A stretch of DNA of 64,000 nt from an uncultured Leptolinea sp. (GTDB lineage: Bacteria > Chloroflexota > Anaerolineae > Anaerolineales > Anaerolineaceae), in assembly GCA_964404415.1 (NCBI GenBank), contig CAYOKC010000001.1:67-64066 (forward strand), read 5' to 3'. The notes under the pieces were generated by a model. That model saw nothing but the letters and a program-made list of their open reading frames with translations, ran no database searches and was not told where the DNA came from. Both the position numbers and the translations under genes were made by a program. Positions 27,254 through 37,914 of this stretch are shown piece after piece. Each line of letters begins with the position of its first letter. The first letter of the stretch is position 1.

Positions 27254-28849
27254 TTACGGCATTCGATGCAAGATTCTACGGGAAATTGCTCCCCACAATA
27301 TTCCAACTTCCTTTGTTTTTAATAAAACCAGTAAACCGCCGTAAACTCCAATCCCCAGGATCAGGCCACATAGTGTGACAACCCACGCCGGAAGAGTTGC
27401 ACTCCATGCCAACCAGATAATCAGAACCGCGGCCATAGCGGCGCAGGCTGTTACACCTTTCCATAACGCGTTAATAATTTCGTTTCCCTGAAGTCCACTT
27501 AACCGGCGCCGCATGATCGTCAACAAAGCTGCCATTTCCAGCGCGGTCGCCAGCGAATTAGCCAGCGCGAGCCCGCCATGCGGCATCCAACCGCTGGATA
27601 TAAAAACTGAAGCAAAAAGCAGACTGAAACCAATATTCAATGACATGGCAATAACGCCGACGATCACCGGGGTTTTCGTATCATGCAGCGCGTAAAATGC
27701 CCGGCTGACGATCTCTACCACGCAATGCCCCACCAATCCGGCCGCGTACCAGAGCAGCGCCCAGGCAACCATTTCTGTGGAACGGTCGCCAAATCGCCCG
27801 CCCTGATACAACAGGCGTATGATGGGTTCGCGCAGCAACACGAGCCCGACGGATGACGGCAATGAAAGCAACAGAACCGCCCGCATGGTGGATGCCAGCG
27901 ATGCGCGCATTTCATCCAGTTTTCCCAGGGCAACCTGGGCAGAAAAAGTGGGCAGCGAGGCGATGGCGATCGTCTGGGCAATTAATGCCTGCGGCATCAT
28001 CATCAGGGTGAAAGCCGTGGTAATGGACGTCAGACTGCCTTCCGGCTGGCGTGACGCCAGGTTGGTATTCACCCAGAAATTCAACTGCACAATGCCCGCC
28101 CCAAACAACCGGGGAAGCATTAACCGCCCCACTTCATGAACCGATGGATCTTCCAATCCAAGCGCAGGCCGGTAAACGAATTTCAGACGGAAAAGCGAAG
28201 GTAACTGTACCAGAAGATGCAGCGCGGCACCCAGAACCGTCCCCCAGGCGAGGCCAAAAATTCCCATTCCCGGAGAAAGCACCAGAACGCCGAAAATGAT
28301 CCCCAATGAATACATGGATGGCGCAAGTGCCGGGTAAAGAAAGACCTGATTGGCATTGAGTACACCCATCACCAATCCGCTGATGCCGAAGATCACCACG
28401 GAAGGGAGAATGACACGAAGTAAGTCCACTGCCAGGTTGAATGTTTGCGGGTCATCCACAAAACCCGGGGCCAGCAGATATTGCACGATCTGCGGCGCGA
28501 AAACGGCCGATAAAGCGCTGACAGCCGTTAAAAGGAGAAGTACCAGGTTTGCGATACTGGAAGCCAGTTTCCATGCGCCGGCTTGATCTTTTTTTGCCAG
28601 GAAACCGGTGAATGTGGGGACAAACGCCGAAGCCAGCGCCCCGCCGGCAACAAGGTTGAACAACGTTTCTGCCAACCTGTTGGCGGTATTGAACGCCTCC
28701 ATCTCGGCACCGGTGCCGTAACTCCGCATGATCAATATTCCGCGGATCAGGCCGATCAGGTTGGATAGAACAAAAGCCGCCATCACGGTCCCGGCGGCCC
28801 GGGCGATCTGGCGGTTGGCGGTTCGTGCTGTATCAGGTTCAACAGACAT
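27254..28849 (-). CDS. murJ: Lipid II flippase MurJ (MviN)
   Basis: GGALASAFVP, LMMMPQ, RAFYALHDTKTP, HGGLALANS, many TM helices. Confidence 0.93.
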   Translation of the reverse strand: MSVEPDTARTANRQIARAAGTVMAAFVLSNLIGLIRGILIMRSYGTGAEMEAFNTANRLAETLFNLVAGGALASAFVPTFTGFLAKKDQAGAWKLASSIANLVLLLLTAVSALSAVFAPQIVQYLLAPGFVDDPQTFNLAVDLLRVILPSVVIFGISGLVMGVLNANQVFLYPALAPSMYSLGIIFGVLVLSPGMGIFGLAWGTVLGAALHLLVQLPSLFRLKFVYRPALGLEDPSVHEVGRLMLPRLFGAGIVQLNFWVNTNLASRQPEGSLTSITTAFTLMMMPQALIAQTIAIASLPTFSAQVALGKLDEMRASLASTMRAVLLLSLPSSVGLVLLREPIIRLLYQGGRFGDRSTEMVAWALLWYAAGLVGHCVVEIVSRAFYALHDTKTPVIVGVIAMSLNIGFSLLFASVFISSGWMPHGGLALANSLATALEMAALLTIMRRRLSGLQGNEIINALWKGVTACAAMAAVLIIWLAWSATLPAWVVTLCGLILGIGVYGGLLVLLKTKEVGILWGAISRRILHRMP

Positions 28850-28941
28850 GCAAGCGATTATACGATATAAAATATAATTAATTCCTGAACAACAGGCTTG
28901 CCTTGCGGTTAAACCGTGGGCGTTCCACGGGAGGATTTAAA

Positions 28942-29664
28942 ATGCCACGAAAAAAGACATCACCTGGTAAAGAGATTGAAATTGAACAGCCACTGACTGA
29001 AGCGGCCCCGGTGGAAGAACAACGCCCTGAAAAGCTGGGAAATCCTGAGGTTCCGCAAGCTGTACCTGCGAAGAATTCCCCACAAGAAATTACGGAACAA
29101 CCGGGAGACCAGACAGTCGGTGGAAACCCCGGCAACAAGAGCTGGTTGTGGATCACGATCAGCCTTGTTTTCGGCCTGGCGGCCGGCTATTTGCTTTGCC
29201 ACAACCTGTTTGTCATTCCTTTAAATACCCAATTAGCTAACGCCATTCAAATGCATTCCAGCGGAGCGGCTTCGTCAAATCAGATCAAATCCGATTTTTC
29301 CAATATGCAACTACGCCAACAGGAAATGGAGATCCGCTACCTGAAATCAGCCGCTCAACTGGAAAACGCGAACCTGTACATTTTCCTCCTGCAAATGAAA
29401 GAAAAAGCCACCCTGGCACAGCTCTATGTGGAACAGAAAAAAGGGTTGGAAGCCCGCGAAACACTGGCCGAGATCAAAACCCTGTATAACAACATTTACC
29501 CGTTTATTGAAAAAAAGGACAAAGCGTCGGCGGATGAGTTGGATGTGTTGATCTCAACGGCGGTCCAGAATCTGACAGCCGACCCTGAGACAGCCTATTT
29601 GGATCTGAATTCGATTTCCGACCATCTTTCCGTCGTGGAGGCGGCCCTTTTTAAAATGGAATAA
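28942..29664 (+). CDS. Hypothetical single-TM coiled-coil protein
   Basis: RBS GGAGGA, acidic N-terminus, one TM, helical C-terminus. Confidence 0.65.
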   Translation: MPRKKTSPGKEIEIEQPLTEAAPVEEQRPEKLGNPEVPQAVPAKNSPQEITEQPGDQTVGGNPGNKSWLWITISLVFGLAAGYLLCHNLFVIPLNTQLANAIQMHSSGAASSNQIKSDFSNMQLRQQEMEIRYLKSAAQLENANLYIFLLQMKEKATLAQLYVEQKKGLEARETLAEIKTLYNNIYPFIEKKDKASADELDVLISTAVQNLTADPETAYLDLNSISDHLSVVEAALFKME

Positions 29665-29684
29665 TTCTTGCATGTGCTATACTT

Positions 29685-31307
29685 TTGACGAACAATATTA
29701 CCGGCCCGCAAAGTGAAGAATTGCTAAACTCCATGGATAAAAAACAGGCACCGGAAAAAACTCCTGTAAATTTGTTGTTGGAAATCAGCCGTGAAGTCAC
29801 AGCGGCTCTAGATCTGCATACCGTCCTTGAAAGAGTCCTTGTGCTTTCAACCGGAAGTATTGGCGTTGAAAGGGCCAGCCTGATCGTGATGGACGACCGG
29901 CACAAACCGATTGACGCCGCTATTATGGTCGATGGAAAGATCATCGCTCACCGCTCCGACCAATTGCAGGCTACCATCGAAAGCGGCCTGGCAGGCTGGG
30001 TGCTGCGCGAAGGCAAACCCGCGCTGATCCAGGATACCAGTAAAGATCCACGCTGGCTGCGCCGGCAGGATGACGCGCCCGATAAATCCGGCGCGAAGTC
30101 TGTCATCTGCCTGCCATTGATGCAACGCGAGTCACTGGTGGGTATTCTCACCATTGTCAACCCGGAACCCAATTCGATCACCCAGGAAGATTTTGACCTT
30201 CTAAAGGGTGTGGCGGACTTGTGTGGTTCAGCCATTGGTAACTCTCGCCTGTTTGAATCACTCCAATCAGCCAACCGCCGGTACCGCGAGCTGTTTGACG
30301 ATAGTATCGACCCCATTTTCATCACCGATATGGAAGGCGAGATTCTGGAAGCCAACCGTCAGGCCAGCGGCGTAACCGGCTACCAGCCGGTTGAATTGAT
30401 CGGCCGGTCTCTTTTTGACATGCAAACCCGCGACCGGAGCGTTATCCAGGAAGAACAATCCCACCTCTCCACGGGCATGACCGCCGCGTTCGAATCCAAG
30501 ATGGTTTTGCGCAACGGCAGTCTGATGCCGGTGATGGTGCACATCCGCCGTGAGAATATAGACGAAGTTGACATGATGCAGTGGATGTTCCGCGACCTGA
30601 GCGAGCGCAAAGAACTTGACCGCCTGCGGGATGACCTTTCTGCCATGATCTACCACGACCTGCGGTCACCTCTGGCCAATGTGATTTCCAGCCTGGATAT
30701 AATGCTGGCCACGCATCAGGACCAGAATTCACCGGACGCATCATTGATCCAGATCGCGTACCGTTCGGCAGAACGCATGCAGCGTTTGATCAGCGCGCTT
30801 CTCGATATCAGCCGGTTGGAAGCGGGACAATCCATCCTCAAACCGCAGATCTCTGAAGCCCGGAATTTGCTGCAGGAAGCGCTGGATGTTGTCAGGCCGA
30901 ATATAGACTCAAAAATGCAATCCACGTCACTTGTCTTGCCCAACGAATCCATATTCCTGTATATTGACGTGGATATGATCCGCCGGGTGATCATTAATTT
31001 GACAGAGAATGCCAACAAATACACCCCGAATGGCGCAGCCATCCAGTTGGGTTGCATTCAAAATGATGATATGGCCGAACTATGGGTTCGTGACAGCGGC
31101 CCCGGAATCCCGGCTGAAAGCGCGCGGACAATTTTTGATAAGTATGTCCGGTTGCAGGCTGAAAACACACCAAAAGGGCTCGGGCTTGGACTGGCTTTTT
31201 GCCGGTTGGCTGTCGAAGCGCATGGCGGGAAGATCTGGGTGGAAAGCAACCGCGGTCAGGGCAGTCGATTTGTGATGACATTGCCACTGGCAAAAGAAAC
31301 ACTCTAA
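29685..31307 (+). CDS. GAF-PAS sensor histidine kinase
   Basis: GLAGWV..., PAS, HDLRSPL H-box, NL.ENA.KYT, D.GPGI, GLGLGLAFC. Confidence 0.93.
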   Translation: MTNNITGPQSEELLNSMDKKQAPEKTPVNLLLEISREVTAALDLHTVLERVLVLSTGSIGVERASLIVMDDRHKPIDAAIMVDGKIIAHRSDQLQATIESGLAGWVLREGKPALIQDTSKDPRWLRRQDDAPDKSGAKSVICLPLMQRESLVGILTIVNPEPNSITQEDFDLLKGVADLCGSAIGNSRLFESLQSANRRYRELFDDSIDPIFITDMEGEILEANRQASGVTGYQPVELIGRSLFDMQTRDRSVIQEEQSHLSTGMTAAFESKMVLRNGSLMPVMVHIRRENIDEVDMMQWMFRDLSERKELDRLRDDLSAMIYHDLRSPLANVISSLDIMLATHQDQNSPDASLIQIAYRSAERMQRLISALLDISRLEAGQSILKPQISEARNLLQEALDVVRPNIDSKMQSTSLVLPNESIFLYIDVDMIRRVIINLTENANKYTPNGAAIQLGCIQNDDMAELWVRDSGPGIPAESARTIFDKYVRLQAENTPKGLGLGLAFCRLAVEAHGGKIWVESNRGQGSRFVMTLPLAKETL

Positions 31308-31313
31308 CCGGTA

Positions 31314-32186
31314 TTGGAGAATTATTGCATGGAAGAAATTGCACGAAATGTCTTTATTGAGACAGGTTTATTGGGTGTCACCATAGCTGCCATCCCTTTT
31401 TCGGGAGGGCAGATTCTTATTGATTCACCATTCCGTAATGAAGATATCCGTTCATGGCGGGCTTCTCTGGTCAACCTGGCTGCCGGGGGTGAGCGGGTTC
31501 TTATTAATCTGGATGCCCATTATGACCGTACGCTGGGGTCAAGAGCCATGGAAGCCACATTGATCACCCATGAAGCCACGGCAACCGCGTTCCGCAGCCG
31601 GCCGCTGACGTTTAAGAGCCAGCATCTGGGTACCGGATCCGCCTGGGAATTAAGCAACAACCTGGGAACAATCCGCTGGGTACCCCCTGATATCACTTTC
31701 GACAATTCCATCTCCCTGTACCCCGATAGCATAACATTGCATGTGGAACACCATCCGGGCCCAATGGCCGGTTCATGCTGGATTGAAATACCGGAAGAAA
31801 AAATTCTTTTTGTTGGTGACGCCCTCCCTGTAGACCAACCGCCGTTTCTGGCCAACGCCGATATCACCGCGTGGGTGGAATCATTGGAACTGCTTTCGAC
31901 GGCACGTTATGCCGGGTACAGGATTGTCAGCGGGCGCGGCGGACTTACTACCGCGGCTCACGCGGCGCCTTTGATCAAATGGCTTGAATCGGTTGACGAG
32001 AAGATCAAAGAGATCGGAGAAAAATCCGCTCCGCCGGAAGACACATTCAATCTGGTGACCAGATATCTTAAGGAATTTCAATTCGGCCGGGACCTGGAAA
32101 GCCAGTATACCGACCGCCTGAAATGGGGGTTCTTCCAATACTATGCCCACCGGTATTGCCCCACCCGGGCGGAATCAGAGGAATGA
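31314..32186 (+). CDS. MBL-fold metallo-hydrolase-like protein (degenerate metal motif)
   Basis: LIDSP, INLDAHYDRTLG in place of HxHxDH, ILFVGDAL, IVSGRG. Confidence 0.75.
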   Translation: MENYCMEEIARNVFIETGLLGVTIAAIPFSGGQILIDSPFRNEDIRSWRASLVNLAAGGERVLINLDAHYDRTLGSRAMEATLITHEATATAFRSRPLTFKSQHLGTGSAWELSNNLGTIRWVPPDITFDNSISLYPDSITLHVEHHPGPMAGSCWIEIPEEKILFVGDALPVDQPPFLANADITAWVESLELLSTARYAGYRIVSGRGGLTTAAHAAPLIKWLESVDEKIKEIGEKSAPPEDTFNLVTRYLKEFQFGRDLESQYTDRLKWGFFQYYAHRYCPTRAESEE

Positions 32187-33232
32187 TGACACACCCCTAT
32201 AGTACCTGGTACAAAGAGATGGTTGAAGTCACCCGCGGAGACATTGTCGAATCGGTACATTTCGGCGCCGCCGCGGTTGTCGACAGCCACGGAAAACTGG
32301 TCGCCTCATATGGTGACCCGAACGCGGTAAGTTTTCTGCGGTCATCGTCAAAACCCTTCCAGGCACTGCCCTTCATCGAACTCGGTGGTGACGAAAAATT
32401 CGGGTTCACCTCATCCGATATCGGCCTTATCTGCGCTTCCCATTCCGGCACTGAAGAGCACCGCGCCGCACTGGAAATACTTCAGTCAAAGATCGGCATA
32501 TCTGAAACAGACCTTTTATGCGGTATCCATTCACCGCTGTATAAAGCGGCGGCGGATGCCCTGATGATGAAAGGGCAGACTCCAAGTCAGAATAACCATA
32601 ATTGTTCCGGCAAACATACCGGCATGCTCGCCCACGCCAAAATGCGCGGCGCTTCACTGACCAATTATCTGGACCTCGATCACCCCGTTCAACAAAGCAT
32701 TATCAAAGCGTTCTCAGAAATGTGCGATTTTCCGGAAGAAAAAATTGAGATCGGCATAGACGGATGTTCGGCCCCGGTATTCGCGATCCCTCTGTATAAC
32801 GCGGCACTGGGCCTCGCCCGCCTGAGTGACCCATGGAATCTGGATCAAAAACGGGCGGATGCCTGCCGGAAAATCTATAACGGCATGACCGGCGCGCCGT
32901 TCATGGTTGCCGGACCGGAACGCTTTGACACGGATTTTATGAAATTGATGAATGGCCGTGTATTGACCAAAACCGGGGCTGAGGGTTATCAGGTATTTGG
33001 GATCCCGGCAGGTAATGGTAAACCCGGCATGGGTATTGCACTCAAAATGGCGGATGGCGACGTCACTGAACGGTCACGTTCACTGGTTGGTTTGGAAATT
33101 TTGAGGCAAATTGGCGTTATTTCAGATGATGACCTGGCGAACCTGGGAAATTATTACACCCGAAAGATCTATAACTGGCGGCATATCGAAATTGGTGAAA
33201 TGCGGCCGTGTTTTACGCTGGACCGTAGGTAG
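32183..33232 (+). CDS. L-asparaginase II family
   Basis: ESVH, RSSSKPFQA, ASHSG, NCSGKH, DGCSAP, KTGAEG; ATG overlaps the upstream stop. Confidence 0.9.
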   Translation: MMTHPYSTWYKEMVEVTRGDIVESVHFGAAAVVDSHGKLVASYGDPNAVSFLRSSSKPFQALPFIELGGDEKFGFTSSDIGLICASHSGTEEHRAALEILQSKIGISETDLLCGIHSPLYKAAADALMMKGQTPSQNNHNCSGKHTGMLAHAKMRGASLTNYLDLDHPVQQSIIKAFSEMCDFPEEKIEIGIDGCSAPVFAIPLYNAALGLARLSDPWNLDQKRADACRKIYNGMTGAPFMVAGPERFDTDFMKLMNGRVLTKTGAEGYQVFGIPAGNGKPGMGIALKMADGDVTERSRSLVGLEILRQIGVISDDDLANLGNYYTRKIYNWRHIEIGEMRPCFTLDRR

Positions 33233-33250
33233 ACATGCTCAAGGTGGGTT

Positions 33251-33670
33251 ATGAGAATTCCGCGTATTCTGGTTATTGATGATGACCCGACAATAGCCCG
33301 TATTGTTCGTTTAACACTCCAGTCAAAAGGATATTCGGTGGTCGTTACCGATACCACCCATGCCGGTCTGAAAGAATTATTTCAAGAAAAAACCGACCTG
33401 ATCATACTTGACTATATGCTGCCAGAACAAAACGGCCTGGCATTTCTGAAAGACCTGCGGGCGGAACCGGAACTGCGATATACCCCGGTGATCATAATGA
33501 CCTCAGCCGGAAATAATGAAGTCGTTCAAGCCGCGAAAATATTAGGCGCGAATGACTTTATGGGAAAGCCGTTCAATATTCAGACATTACTGGATAAGAC
33601 CATGAAATTGGTCCCATTACCTGAAGATGAGAAACCGGAAGAGGATCTCTCCGAAGAAGATGGGGATTGA
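33251..33670 (+). CDS. Single-domain response regulator (CheY-like)
   Basis: ILVIDDD, LIILDYMLP, IMTS, KPF. Confidence 0.92.
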   Translation: MRIPRILVIDDDPTIARIVRLTLQSKGYSVVVTDTTHAGLKELFQEKTDLIILDYMLPEQNGLAFLKDLRAEPELRYTPVIIMTSAGNNEVVQAAKILGANDFMGKPFNIQTLLDKTMKLVPLPEDEKPEEDLSEEDGD

Positions 33671-33671
33671 T

Positions 33672-34109
33672 CTACAACTCTTTGCGCATAACGTAGGCGT
33701 CTTCGCCATCGGGGTAGTAATTATGGCGCACATCCGTCTTCCGGAATCCCAGGCTGACATAAAGATCGATCGCGGCATGGTTCGAATGCCGCACGCACAA
33801 CCGGACCTTCTTCCGTTTGATACGCGCTTCTGCCGCACGTATTAACGCTTTCCCCACCCCCTGACGCCTATGGGACGTTCGAACCCCCAGTGAATTGATG
33901 CTCGCCTCTGATTCAAACAGGCTTTCTTCAACCGTGATGAACCCGATGATCTTTCCATCATTCACGGCTTTCAGGTTGATCATCCCGGGCGTAAGTAAAA
34001 TAGCCAGAATATCAAGAACCGGCCAGGCATCCTCCCTGAACACCTCATCTTCCAATTCTTTCAGGGTGTTCAGGTCGCGGAGCCTGGCCGGTAGAATTTC
34101 AAAGATCAA
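33672..34109 (-). CDS. RimI-like GNAT acetyltransferase
   Basis: RRQGVG, VRHSNHAAIDLY..LGF, YYPDGEDA. Confidence 0.85.
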   Translation of the reverse strand: MIFEILPARLRDLNTLKELEDEVFREDAWPVLDILAILLTPGMINLKAVNDGKIIGFITVEESLFESEASINSLGVRTSHRRQGVGKALIRAAEARIKRKKVRLCVRHSNHAAIDLYVSLGFRKTDVRHNYYPDGEDAYVMRKEL

Positions 34110-35008
34110 GCTTTGTTGCCGACATTTTTAACAAAGTCAGACAACAGGTTGGTGAATTCCATCGGGAAAATGTACTTCGTGGCCGGGTTGGCAGACATGG
34201 TCTTGAGGGTTTCAAAGTACTGCAGTGTGACAGTCTGTCTGTCAATCTTGTTGGCTGCGGAATCGATCTTCGAGAGGGCGATCGCGTAACCTTCGGCACG
34301 CAATTGCTGGGCCTGGAGTTCGCCTTCCGCTTTCAAGATCGCGGACTGTTTCTCGCCTTCGGCGCGCAGAATGTTCGCCTCTTTTTCACCGTTCGCCACA
34401 TTGACGGCAGCCACGCGGGTACCTTCTGACTCGGTAACCACAGCACGGCGATTACGTTCGGCAGAGAGCTGGCGGTTCATGGCATCCTGAACATCCTTCG
34501 GAGGGATGATCTCGCGGATCTCAACATTGGTGACTTTTACGCCCCAGCGTTCGGTTACTTCGTCAAGGCGGGTGCGCAGCATGGTGTTGATGTGCTCGCG
34601 TTGTGAAAGCACGTCATCCAGCGAAATACCGCCGATGACGGAACGCAGCGTGGTGGTCGCCAGACCCTGCGCGGCGTATTCAAAGTTACCTACCTGCAAA
34701 ACGCTTTCCGTGGGAGCCACAAGTTTGTAGTACCACAGGAAGTCAATGGAGATGGGGGCATTATCCTTGGTGATCGATGTCTGGTGGGGGATTTCGCGTA
34801 CCTGCTCGCGAAGGTCAACCATCACCGGGCGGTCAATGACAGGGATTAGTAATACAAGTCCGGGGCCTTTTTCGCCAATACATCGCCCCAGGCGGAACAC
34901 AACCAATCGTTTGTATTCCGGCACAACTTTAATGGCGGAAGCCAGAAAGAACAAAACGGCGACAACCACAAATCCAATCAAACATAAAACCGGAACGGCA
35001 CTTTCCAT
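34106..35008 (-). CDS. SPFH/stomatin-like (band 7) protein
   Basis: VVFRLGR, VDLRE, ITKDN, TTLRSVIG, WGVKVTNVEI, AERNRRA. Confidence 0.93.
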   Translation of the reverse strand: MESAVPVLCLIGFVVVAVLFFLASAIKVVPEYKRLVVFRLGRCIGEKGPGLVLLIPVIDRPVMVDLREQVREIPHQTSITKDNAPISIDFLWYYKLVAPTESVLQVGNFEYAAQGLATTTLRSVIGGISLDDVLSQREHINTMLRTRLDEVTERWGVKVTNVEIREIIPPKDVQDAMNRQLSAERNRRAVVTESEGTRVAAVNVANGEKEANILRAEGEKQSAILKAEGELQAQQLRAEGYAIALSKIDSAANKIDRQTVTLQYFETLKTMSANPATKYIFPMEFTNLLSDFVKNVGNKA

Positions 35009-35032
35009 GACTATCTCCTTAAAAATATGATT

Positions 35033-35650
35033 TTACAGGTCAGATTGCAGATCTTCGTCTGACAGAGGTTCAACCTCGAGAATGACCCCATCCTGCTTGA
35101 TGACCTTTACCAGCGTTCCTGTTGAAACCGGCACGCTGGATCGGGCGCTCCACTCTTCGCTCTGAATATACACTGTACCACTGTGGAATATATCCGACCG
35201 GGCTTTGCCCACCTGGTTCACCAGTTTTCCCGTGCGGCTGTACGGTTTCATTTTCAACGCGTCCAGTCCGCGGGTAGCAACGATCCACATGAAACCGGCT
35301 ACAAGGATGGAGACGATCACCGCCAACACGGGGTTGACAGCCATTTGTCCATCTTCTGTGCGGAACATAAAAATGGAGCCGGCGATCATGGCAAGGATAC
35401 TGATTATAAGAAAAATCAGATGCTGCGAGCGGCGCAAGGCGTACAGGAATGGAAAAACACCCACCACCAGGATAACCAGCGCCCACCAGTTGAATGGCAG
35501 ATTGGCCACGGAATAGCCGGCGATCACAATTGCCATCGTCGCGCCAATTTCCAACAATCCGGTACCTGGAGCGAACATAGCCAGTACCGCCATAACGAAA
35601 CCGCCGACCAGTATCAGGTACGAAATATTGGGATCCAGCAGAAAATTCAT
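35033..35650 (-). CDS. NfeD family membrane protein
   Basis: DPNISY, TM helices, C-terminal G.V...E.WSARS OB-fold; paired with SPFH. Confidence 0.88.
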   Translation of the reverse strand: MNFLLDPNISYLILVGGFVMAVLAMFAPGTGLLEIGATMAIVIAGYSVANLPFNWWALVILVVGVFPFLYALRRSQHLIFLIISILAMIAGSIFMFRTEDGQMAVNPVLAVIVSILVAGFMWIVATRGLDALKMKPYSRTGKLVNQVGKARSDIFHSGTVYIQSEEWSARSSVPVSTGTLVKVIKQDGVILEVEPLSDEDLQSDL

Positions 35651-35786
35651 TTAGCCCTTCCTTACTTCTTCGTTCATTATATACATCCTGTTGAAGGCAG
35701 GCAACAAATCAAATGCCATCAATAATATATACGTAAATTCGAAATAAATGTATCATTAGTGCAATATTTCACAAGGAGAAAACCTC

Positions 35787-36476
35787 ATGACAACACGAGT
35801 TACATGGCTGGGGCATTCCACTTTTTCAATACAAACAGCCGGCATCACTCTGCTGGTGGATCCGTTTTTCAAATATAACCCGAAATCTGTGGTTTCCACT
35901 GACGATGTTCAGGCGGATTTCATTCTGGTCACCCACGGGCATGGAGACCATATCGGGGATACCATTTCCATCGCCCAACGTACCGGCGCCACGGTGATCT
36001 GTAACGCGGAGATCGGCGACTGGTTGAAAAAGAAGGACGTGAAAGTGCATTCCCAACATCTGGGCGGCGGATTTCACCACCCCTTCGGGCATGTCAAATT
36101 GACATTTGCCCTGCACGGTTCCGCTTTGCCGGACGGTTCATGCGGCGGCAACCCGGCTGGATTTCTGATCACCCTGAAAGATGGCGGAAAGAAGATCTAC
36201 CTGGCCGGCGATACCGGGTTGTTCGGTGACATGCGGCTGATCGGAGAAGAAGGAATCGACCTGGCCGCCCTGCCGATTGGTGACAATTTCACCATGGGCC
36301 CCGCTGACGCACTGCGCGCGGTCAAACTCATTCAACCCAAGCAGGTCATCCCGATACACTACAACACATTTCCGCTTATCCAGCAAGACGCGTCCGCCTG
36401 GGCCGCCGATGTGGAAGCGCAAACATCGAGCAAAGTCAAAGTGCTGGCTCCGGGTGAGAGTATTGATCTGGAGTAA
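35787..36476 (+). CDS. Metal-dependent hydrolase (UPF0173, MBL fold)
   Basis: WLGHS, VTHGHGDH, AGDTGLF, PIGDNFTMGP, PIHYNTF. Confidence 0.92.
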   Translation: MTTRVTWLGHSTFSIQTAGITLLVDPFFKYNPKSVVSTDDVQADFILVTHGHGDHIGDTISIAQRTGATVICNAEIGDWLKKKDVKVHSQHLGGGFHHPFGHVKLTFALHGSALPDGSCGGNPAGFLITLKDGGKKIYLAGDTGLFGDMRLIGEEGIDLAALPIGDNFTMGPADALRAVKLIQPKQVIPIHYNTFPLIQQDASAWAADVEAQTSSKVKVLAPGESIDLE

Positions 36477-36482
36477 GAATAA

Positions 36483-36522
36483 ATCCGGGCGGAGAATCCC
36501 GTCAAAGGATGTCCGCCCGGAT
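36483..36522. terminator. Hairpin between convergent genes
   Basis: atccgggcgga...tccgcccggat. Confidence 0.6.
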
Positions 36523-36529
36523 CTTTAAA

Positions 36530-37156
36530 TTATTCCTCTTCGGGCTGAAAGAAGATCACACGGTCCAATTCATCCTTCACCATGAGCGGGCCGCGCTTCG
36601 TTAGTAGTCCGGCAGCCACCCAAAGGTCGCCAACCGCTCCGCCAATATTAAACACTGTGATGGCCGTCACATGCAGCAATACTTCTGAAGAAACGAACGG
36701 GATGGCGATCAACCCGGCGATTGTCATTACGACCAGTGGACAGAGAGCGGTCACCAGGTAGGGATACTTCGCGATGTATTCACCCGGCGCGGATGCCGCG
36801 GCGTAACCGGGACCGATCATAAACGCGGGCCGATTTCCGGTTATTACCCAGAAACACAATCCGTGCAACCCTTCATGCAGCACAACCAGGATGGCTATAT
36901 CCAGCAGCAATAACACGAGGAATACCCCAACCTGCGCGAGACTATCCACCTGGAATGAAAAGGCCGCGCCAGCCTGCCCGGACCTTACCCGCAGGGTATA
37001 CCACTGGACAAGCGCGGCTGCTACCAGGAACAGGAAGAAACCGGCAATATTAAGCCCGATCATCGCCCGGGTATTATGTTTCAGGTTGAAATCCGCCGTT
37101 TGACGGTACCCTTCGGGTAGTTGCGTGCAATGGGCAGGCAATATGTTATTTTGCAT
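36530..37156 (-). CDS. DUF3267 putative zincin membrane peptidase
   Basis: LHEGLHG, ALCP, N.GGAVGDL. Confidence 0.85.
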   Translation of the reverse strand: MQNNILPAHCTQLPEGYRQTADFNLKHNTRAMIGLNIAGFFLFLVAAALVQWYTLRVRSGQAGAAFSFQVDSLAQVGVFLVLLLLDIAILVVLHEGLHGLCFWVITGNRPAFMIGPGYAAASAPGEYIAKYPYLVTALCPLVVMTIAGLIAIPFVSSEVLLHVTAITVFNIGGAVGDLWVAAGLLTKRGPLMVKDELDRVIFFQPEEE

Positions 37157-37185
37157 GGCTGGTATTCTGTAATCCTTTTATCTGA

Positions 37186-37914
37186 TTATTCCTTCTCCTT
37201 GAAGTAATCAGTAACGGCATCAAATGAAGAAATCTCTCCTTTGATCGCCAGGAAAACGCCAAGGAAAAAGTTTTTATACACTACATCTACGTCGGAAAAG
37301 CCGGCCTGTTTCAACCAGTTGATCTGATCGGCAAGCAGGGCATCTTTATCATACGTTGTGCGGCGTTCAATGCTGGCGCGGATCTGTTCTTCCGTCGCAC
37401 CCGATGACTGCACGTGGTTCAGCCAGCGGTTCCAGTTCAACCGGCGCAGGGTTTCTGTCTCTCCGCGGATCTGATCAATGTTGATGAAGGCGCCTGCCGG
37501 CTTCAAAAGGTTGAAGACTGTTTTGAAAAGGCTGGCTTTCTCGTCATCCGTCAAATGATGGATGGACAGACTGGAGATCACCAGATCGTACTCCCCAATT
37601 CCCTGAAGATGCCGGTAATCAGCAACCTCAAATGCAAACCGTTCTCCCTGGTCTTTGAAGCGCTCGCGGGCAGCCTCCAGCATCTTGTCCGCCACATCCA
37701 TCAGCACGAAACGCGCGTTGGGATAAATAGCAGACACATGCGCCGCGAACGAACCGGTGCCGGCGCCCAGATCGAGCACACGAATGGGGCTGTTTATATC
37801 AAACGGAATAACGCGCACGGCGTTGCCGAACAGGTCTGAATACCCGAGAAGCGCGCGGCGCATCCAGTCATTATACGTGGGAGTGGAATCATTGAAAGCT
37901 TTATCGATAGTCAT
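37186..37914 (-). CDS. Class I SAM-dependent methyltransferase
   Basis: VLDLGAGTG, SSLSIHHL, LKPAGAFINID; ATG 37914 after GGAGGA. Confidence 0.9.
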   Translation of the reverse strand: MTIDKAFNDSTPTYNDWMRRALLGYSDLFGNAVRVIPFDINSPIRVLDLGAGTGSFAAHVSAIYPNARFVLMDVADKMLEAARERFKDQGERFAFEVADYRHLQGIGEYDLVISSLSIHHLTDDEKASLFKTVFNLLKPAGAFINIDQIRGETETLRRLNWNRWLNHVQSSGATEEQIRASIERRTTYDKDALLADQINWLKQAGFSDVDVVYKNFFLGVFLAIKGEISSFDAVTDYFKEKE

